This document shows positions 58,103-64,000 of a stretch of DNA of 64,000 nt, in pieces (the first letter of the stretch is position 1; every line of letters begins with the position of its first letter). Origin of the DNA: an uncultured Poribacteria bacterium (lineage in GTDB: Bacteria; Poribacteria; WGA-4E; WGA-3G); contig CATQHZ020000001.1 of the NCBI GenBank assembly GCA_958296135.2, forward strand, positions 32,001 to 96,000, written 5' to 3'. The translations under genes were made by a program, and so were the position numbers. The notes beneath the pieces were generated by a model, which saw only the letters and a list, made by a program, of their open reading frames with translations, did no database searches and had not been told where the DNA came from.

Positions 58103-59566
58103 CTATAAAATCAACTGCAGCGTCGGTTGTAGCGGTTTGCCGGTGTAAGGATTTTTCATATCCGGCAGCCGCAGCCGCTTACCTTCAAAATGCGCTTGGA
58201 GCGACCAGGGTTGCACGCGGGGATACGTCTCTGTTCCCACGGTGACGGTGCCGAGCCGCAGGAGTTCCGCCTGCGCGTGCCGTGATGTGACAGGGTTCAA
58301 CGCGATGAATATCCCCATCGCCGCCTTCTCCCGTTCCAATGTCCATAAGAAATCGCGAAGTTGGCTCAAGTGGAATCTCCCACCTTTGACTTGCGCGAGC
58401 ACCAGTTTGGAGCCGCTGTCATCGGGCTGCAGGAGCGTGTGGCCTCTGCCATCGATGCCGCCATCGCCGGTTTGGATATCGTTCGGCGCGAACCCTTGTG
58501 AGGCACAATTCAATGCCCAGACCTCAAAGTGACGTGGATTTTCCCTGGCCAACTGCGCCGCTGCTGCAAAATCGGCTGGAATACCACTCGTCGGAATGGC
58601 TCTCCCCGGAAAGCGGTTTAACTTGATGACTTCCAATGCATGCGGCGAGATGTCGATGCCTATCCATTTGCGGTTCAATTTATCCGCAGCGGCGATTGTG
58701 GTACCACACCCACAGAAGGGATCCAGCACGATGTCGCCTTCATTAGTGGAAGCCAGAATGATGCGTTCCAAAAGTTTCAACGGCTTCTGAGTAGGATATC
58801 CAAGATATTCTCGGCTCCGCGTGGCAGTCTGAAAGGAGTGGATGTCATCCCATACATCGCCGTAGGGGATGCCGCCTTCATCTTCATAGTAGCGTCTATT
58901 GCCGCGTTGACGATACCGCCGGCCGTCCTCGTCTGTTTGCGTGAAGCTGCGCGCCATATATTCCGCTGAATAGGGTTCAAACTGCTTGTTGAACGTCGCC
59001 CGGTCCGATTTGACGTAATAGAGGATAGTGTCGTGGTCCCGAATCCAATTTGATGCTCGGCTTTTGAAACCCGAACGTGATTTCATTTGCCACACAATCT
59101 CACGGCGAAAATTTTCCGGTCCAAAGATGCAATCCATGAGCAACTTGAGGGGATGCGCCGCTGTCGCATCGCAGTGGAGGTAGACGCTGCCTGTCGGTTT
59201 GAGCAACCGATGCAGCACAGCAATGCGTTCCGCCATGTAGCTGAGATAGGCGAGCATGCCGCCTTCGCCCGGCCATTTGGCAAACGCTTCTATCACCCGA
59301 TGCGCGGGATGCGCGGGTGCATCGAGCAGATTAGCGACGCGCTCGGCGGCAGTGGCATTCCATCGCCAGGAGTCATTAAAGGCTTGGAGTTGTGCGTCGC
59401 GTGTGCCGCGATTGTCCTCGCTGGTTTCGTAAAGTTGATGATATTTGGCGTTGCTGTTAAACGGCGGATCGAGATAGCAGGTGTCGATGGTTTCATCGGG
59501 CCACTGTTGCAGCACTTCGAGGCAATCATCGTAATGTAAACTGTTAAGTTCAGGGAGTTTGAGCAT
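58103..59566 (-). CDS. N4/N6 DNA methyltransferase fused to an Mrr-like endonuclease domain
   Basis: DPPF, YPTQKP, DPFCGCGTT; C-terminal DGGIDG...QVK. Confidence 0.82.
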   Translation of the reverse strand: MLKLPELNSLHYDDCLEVLQQWPDETIDTCYLDPPFNSNAKYHQLYETSEDNRGTRDAQLQAFNDSWRWNATAAERVANLLDAPAHPAHRVIEAFAKWPGEGGMLAYLSYMAERIAVLHRLLKPTGSVYLHCDATAAHPLKLLMDCIFGPENFRREIVWQMKSRSGFKSRASNWIRDHDTILYYVKSDRATFNKQFEPYSAEYMARSFTQTDEDGRRYRQRGNRRYYEDEGGIPYGDVWDDIHSFQTATRSREYLGYPTQKPLKLLERIILASTNEGDIVLDPFCGCGTTIAAADKLNRKWIGIDISPHALEVIKLNRFPGRAIPTSGIPADFAAAAQLARENPRHFEVWALNCASQGFAPNDIQTGDGGIDGRGHTLLQPDDSGSKLVLAQVKGGRFHLSQLRDFLWTLEREKAAMGIFIALNPVTSRHAQAELLRLGTVTVGTETYPRVQPWSLQAHFEGKRLRLPDMKNPYTGKPLQPTLQLIL

Positions 59567-59781
59567 GGGAGACCTCTTGTGCGGGATCATCTGAGCTCTT
59601 CCCAGATCAGCATCGGGCTCCCGATGTCACTAACATCGGAGGGTTGCAAGCCCTAACGACTCAGGTGAATTTAGTATTAGAGTTGTAGGCGCGCGTTGTA
59701 AGCGCGCCTACGGGTGCCGTTGCACGGAACAAAGCCTCGCGCAACGGCACCCGAGACCGGTCCAACTCAGGCGAGCTGGAC

Positions 59782-62700
59782 TTAGGGACCCGGTGTCTCC
59801 ACGGGTTCGTCGGTGTCAACCTCCGTGATTGCCAGATTCTGGAAATCGTCAAACCCACTTCCTGCAGGGATGAGCCGGCCGAGGATGACGTTCTCCTTCA
59901 ACCCGAAGAGCTTGTCTGTCTGTCCCTTGACAGCGGCATCTGTCAGCACCTTCGTCGTCTGCTGGAACGAGGCGGCGGAGATGAAACTCTCTGTGCTGAG
60001 TGAGGCGCGGCTAATGCCTTGCAGAATGGGTTCGCCGGTAGCGGGTTCCCCGCCTGCATCGGTAACCAGCGCGTTGACTTGGGCGAATTTCCAGCGTGGC
60101 ACCTCACCGTTCTCGTGGAAGGGCGTATCGCCGGGTTCAAGCACGCGCACCTTCGTCAACATTTGTTTGACGATGGTCTCGAGGTGCTTGTCGTTGATGG
60201 CCCGTCCGCCGTAAACCTTTTGGATTTCCTCAACGAGGTATGTCCAGACTGCTTCCTCGCCTTCAATGGCCACATCTTCAATGAAGACACGCCCGATTCT
60301 GAGGATATCGTGCGGGTTGAGGTATCCATCGGTGAGCGGTTGCCCCGCCTCAACCCGGTCGCCTTCGGTGACGCGTCGTTTTTCGTCAGGAATGGCGTAG
60401 AGGCGGCTTTCGTGCCCTTCATCAACGATACGGTATGTCGGCACACCCGCTTTGGTGCCAGCGGACTCAATGAATCCCTCAATCTCAGCGATTTCTGCCG
60501 CGTCCTCACGTTTTGGACGACGCGCCTCAAAAAGGTCTGTCACGCGCGGAATCCCTGCAACGATGTCCATGTTCGCAGTCTTTTCATGGAGTTCGGCAAG
60601 GGTTTGTTCCACTTTGATAGGCTCGCCCTCTTTGACAGAGAAGGAGTAACCGGCGGTGATGAGATGCGGCACCCGATGCCCATCGGCCGTCTCTACCTCA
60701 ATGTGCATCCGCAGTGCAGGTTCATCGGTATCAAATCCGGGGTAGTGGTCGAACGCGCTTTGGTATTCGACTTCGGATAATTCGTCCCCTACCTTATACG
60801 GACAATTCGGGTGATGCACAGCCGTAACGGTATACTTCCGGAGGGCACGGTAGGCCGCCGCGGTGAGGATTTCGGCCCTATCAAAGGGAAACTGCGTCTT
60901 CGGTTCGTCGACGTAGACCTGATACTTCTCGCAGGCGGCCTGATAGTCGGTTTCAGAAAGATTCTGTTCGACTGTCATGCCGCACTCTGGGTTGAGAACT
61001 GCCTTAACCTGCCAGAATTTCACGAGGCGCGGCTTCTCCCACAGCGAGACAGGGCGCTCTAAATTGTCAACGACGTGCTTATAGCGCGCTACCACAGTGA
61101 AGTCGGCCTTCGCATCGGCCTTCGCATCGGCCTTCGCATCGGTTGACGCGTCTTCTGGAAGCCCAATTGCCGCCACTTCTGGTTCGTCCGGAATGACTCC
61201 AAAGAGGGGTTCAACGTCGAACCCTTTGAATTTCTGTTGGAGTTTCTTGTACTCCTTATCCGTGAGTTCGTCGCCGCTTTCAACGGGGAGTCCTGGGTGA
61301 TAGACAGCAAGCACGCGATGTCGGGGGATGCCCTTATCCTTAATCGTCGGTTCCGTTTTGCGCCGCGTTTTGTCTCGCGTCTCCATTTTGCGTCGCGCCT
61401 GATACTCCGCTTCGGTGAGTCGCTGGACAGGTTCGGCAGCTAAGGGTTGCCACGTTTCCAATTCCGCCTGCGTTAGGATATCGCCCGGCTTAACGCCTGG
61501 AGAGTCCTTTTGCGCTTTCTTGTAGGCGGCGTTGGAAATATCCTGTCCAACCTCCAGTTTGCAGGCGGAATGGAAAACTTCGGTAACGCGCCAGACGTGC
61601 TTGGAGCCCTTCCCGGTAAAAGCGGGCCCTGTTAACGCTTCTGCGGTGAACCCAGGCTTCGCTTCGGTGACGCGAGAGTAGTGCCCTTCGGGCACATCGT
61701 AGGAGTGTTCGACATCAAACGCTTTGAACTTCCGGCGGTATGCCGATGCCTCCTTGGGTGTCATCAGTTCACCCTTCTGCAAAGGGCTGCCCGAGCAATG
61801 AACGGCGGCGATGCGATTGAGGCGCGTGGCTTCAAGCGAACCAACGTGGGCTTCAATGCCACGGAATTGATTCCGCCCCTTTTTTGCCTCGACATCGCTC
61901 ATCAAAGTGCCAGGGGCAAGTGTGCATTCGGGATGATGGATATAGGTGACGCGATGCCGCAACTTCTGGACATCAAAACCCATCCAGCGTGCAAGCATTG
62001 CGTCTTTATCCGTTGTCGTTAAATCCTGACCCGGTTTCAACGGGCAGTCACGATGATGCACTGCCGTGACGTGGTGCAACACTTCCGAGACTCTCTCGGA
62101 TTCAAAGGGCCGATAGTTGGCACACGCTTCTTCGTAAGCATAGCGCGTCAGCATTTCGCCGGCGTGCAGCGGGGCGTTTGCGTCGATAACGTAGACAGGG
62201 TTCGGGGCTTCCTCGAAAGGCGTAAACCACGGGGAAATCTCCCCTGCGGCAACTATCTGTCCGATTTCATAAGGGAAGTCCGGGTGCGCGCTCTCGGTGA
62301 TACGGTAAACGCGTTCAAAAGGCGTGCCTTCCGCAAGGGATGTATCAGCAGAAACCAGGTCTCCCGCCATTGCAGGTGACGTGTCTACCGGCATCGCTGT
62401 CTCCGCTATATCTTCAAGCGACTCCACAGCCGTTTCCGAACTGGGCACCAATTCTTCAACCGACTCGAAAATCTCGCCGGTTTCCGGGATACGGTAACAC
62501 CATTCGCCATCAAAGCCGTTCCGAATCTCTGCCTTGTGCTCCCCGATTTCTGCTTCGGTAAGCAGGTCCCCGGGGCGAACGTTGACAGCAGCAAGCTGGA
62601 CATCCGCTATCTCGCGTTTTTCGGTTGCAAAGCGAGGCAGACCGTAGGTGATTCTCGCTTGATGCCACTGTGCAGCAGAAAGCCGGTCGCCGACTTGCAA

Positions 62701-64000
62701 GTGGCAATCTTTCTCGTGAACAGCGGTTACCCGATGCTGCCATGCCTCAGTATCAAAACCTTTGTAACGTTGCGCGTTTTCGGAGAATTGCTTCTCGCTC
62801 AGCAGCTCATCTACGTTCAAGTGGCACTTCGGATGCGTGACGCGCGTGACTTTGTAGGCTGGCGCGTCGAGGTTCGCACGGTTTCCGGCGTTCGACAGGC
62901 TATTGGGACTTGTGGAACCGCCTTCTTCCGATGCTGCAGTGGCATCGGGGTGCTTTACTGGGGAAATCCCGGGGCCCGTGGATATCCAGAGTTCGCCTTC
63001 CTTGCGGACGGTGATGCCGGGGTGGAAATCCCGGAAGCGGACGGTGCCGCTCGCTTTGGCAAGAATTTTGCGCTGGCGGGCATCGGAGACTTCCTCTACT
63101 GCACCGCCGGTGTGGAACGTCCGCATCGTGAGTTGCGTACCCGGTTCACCAATGGATTGCGCGGCGATAATCCCGATCGCCTCGCCGACAGAGACGCGGA
63201 GGTTCGTCGTCAAATCGTACCCGTAGCATTTCGCGCACGCACCCTCCTCTGTTTCGCACGTGAGCACGGAACGGACGCTGACCTTTTTTATCCCACTCTC
63301 TTCAATCCGCTGCGCGGCCGCTGGAGTGATGATGGCATCTGCAGCGACAAGCAGTTCGTCGGTGACAGGATGTAGGATGTCTTCAGTAGCTGTCCGACCC
63401 GTAATTTTAAAACCGAGTTCTCCGCCTTCGGTGGCAAATTTCTTAATGCCGTGGAACGTGCCGCAGTCCTCTGCCGTAACGCGCACGTCTTGCGCAACAT
63501 CTACCAATTTGCGCGTCAGGTAACCTGAGGCTGCTGTCCGCATCGCCGTGTCAACCAACCCTTTTCGGGAACCATAGGTGGAGTTGAAATAGTCGATTAC
63601 GTCTAAGCCATCGCGATAAGAGGTGGTAATTGGCGGCAGCAAAATTTCACCGCTCTGCTTCGCTTTCAGGCCGATAATCGCACTGATTTGCATGAACGGA
63701 TTCTTCCGGGCCCGCGCACCGCTATCCGCCATGATATGCACAGGACTGAAACCTTCGACAAGCCCACCATGCTTGCTGAAGTACTCGGATAACTCAGCCG
63801 CTGAGTTCGCCTTCAGGAGTTCAATGGCATTCCCACGTTCAACCAGGTGCGTCTCCAATTCGGGCAGCGTGGCGAACATAATGTCTTCCATCTCGTTGAG
63901 CGCCTTAAACCACAAGCGGATCTGCTCGTTCTCGAGTTCTTCCGTATCGGCGGTTGCAGCGGGAGCATTGAGAAGCGCATCGATCGCCTTCTGTGTTCGT
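59782..64000 (-). CDS. rpoC: RNA polymerase beta' subunit, 3' part (frame open to the window edge), with a giant trigger-loop insertion
   Basis: MADSGAR, RKGLVDTA, SGYLTR, AAQSIGEPGTQLTMRTFH, LFEAR, SAASFQ, GLKENVILGRLIPAG. Confidence 0.95.
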   Translation of the reverse strand, partial: RTQKAIDALLNAPAATADTEELENEQIRLWFKALNEMEDIMFATLPELETHLVERGNAIELLKANSAAELSEYFSKHGGLVEGFSPVHIMADSGARARKNPFMQISAIIGLKAKQSGEILLPPITTSYRDGLDVIDYFNSTYGSRKGLVDTAMRTAASGYLTRKLVDVAQDVRVTAEDCGTFHGIKKFATEGGELGFKITGRTATEDILHPVTDELLVAADAIITPAAAQRIEESGIKKVSVRSVLTCETEEGACAKCYGYDLTTNLRVSVGEAIGIIAAQSIGEPGTQLTMRTFHTGGAVEEVSDARQRKILAKASGTVRFRDFHPGITVRKEGELWISTGPGISPVKHPDATAASEEGGSTSPNSLSNAGNRANLDAPAYKVTRVTHPKCHLNVDELLSEKQFSENAQRYKGFDTEAWQHRVTAVHEKDCHLQVGDRLSAAQWHQARITYGLPRFATEKREIADVQLAAVNVRPGDLLTEAEIGEHKAEIRNGFDGEWCYRIPETGEIFESVEELVPSSETAVESLEDIAETAMPVDTSPAMAGDLVSADTSLAEGTPFERVYRITESAHPDFPYEIGQIVAAGEISPWFTPFEEAPNPVYVIDANAPLHAGEMLTRYAYEEACANYRPFESERVSEVLHHVTAVHHRDCPLKPGQDLTTTDKDAMLARWMGFDVQKLRHRVTYIHHPECTLAPGTLMSDVEAKKGRNQFRGIEAHVGSLEATRLNRIAAVHCSGSPLQKGELMTPKEASAYRRKFKAFDVEHSYDVPEGHYSRVTEAKPGFTAEALTGPAFTGKGSKHVWRVTEVFHSACKLEVGQDISNAAYKKAQKDSPGVKPGDILTQAELETWQPLAAEPVQRLTEAEYQARRKMETRDKTRRKTEPTIKDKGIPRHRVLAVYHPGLPVESGDELTDKEYKKLQQKFKGFDVEPLFGVIPDEPEVAAIGLPEDASTDAKADAKADAKADFTVVARYKHVVDNLERPVSLWEKPRLVKFWQVKAVLNPECGMTVEQNLSETDYQAACEKYQVYVDEPKTQFPFDRAEILTAAAYRALRKYTVTAVHHPNCPYKVGDELSEVEYQSAFDHYPGFDTDEPALRMHIEVETADGHRVPHLITAGYSFSVKEGEPIKVEQTLAELHEKTANMDIVAGIPRVTDLFEARRPKREDAAEIAEIEGFIESAGTKAGVPTYRIVDEGHESRLYAIPDEKRRVTEGDRVEAGQPLTDGYLNPHDILRIGRVFIEDVAIEGEEAVWTYLVEEIQKVYGGRAINDKHLETIVKQMLTKVRVLEPGDTPFHENGEVPRWKFAQVNALVTDAGGEPATGEPILQGISRASLSTESFISAASFQQTTKVLTDAAVKGQTDKLFGLKENVILGRLIPAGSGFDDFQNLAITEVDTDEPVETPGP

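Larger units (their letters stand above)
1419..59712. repeat. dispersed GTAG-type REP-like hairpins (more than 20 copies; coordinates span first to last)
   Basis: gtaggcgcgctttcaaagcgcgcctac-type near 5512, 6341, 22950, 41104, 59686; gtagggcgaggg...ccctcgcc-type near 7098, 15718, 18824, 23428, 30154; gtagcgcgggg...cccgcg-type near 18944, 20350, 43269, 44215. Confidence 0.85.

Noticed and set aside
60568-63102. Intein in rpoC
   Set aside because: No N-terminal Cys/Ser with C-terminal His-Asn junction or LAGLIDADG motif was seen; position and ends fit SI3.

Overview
Gene-dense bacterial chromosome segment. Gene content (two DUF6785-like membrane proteins, a LamG protein ending in PVEPAGKLSTTWG, cohesin/dockerin/FlgD-Ig surface proteins, Gfo/Idh/MocA oxidoreductases, DUF1549/1553) suggests Candidatus Poribacteria or a similar sponge symbiont; this is an inference. 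Housekeeping genes: argF, thrC, holA, hisZ-hisG-hisS, galU-like, birA, lon, fumC and the 3' part of rpoC. A small defence cluster at 6.4-11.9 kb holds a Type IIG-like R-M gene split at a poly-C9 tract, an Rpn nuclease with a free-standing copy of its C-terminus, and a nuclease pseudogene. Most notable observations: (1) a ~845-aa repeat-built insertion in the RpoC trigger loop; (2) a dispersed ~95-bp repeat with a TTGACAACGTCAA core, at least 9 copies, either ending at start codons or translated in frame inside proteins; (3) adjacent cohesin-Spondin_N and Reeler-like-dockerin genes resembling a split F-spondin; (4) an unannotated His leader peptide and attenuator; (5) many GTAG-type REP hairpins, several read in frame. 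No CRISPR array, rRNA or tRNA was recognised. All family calls come from motif recognition by eye, not database searches.
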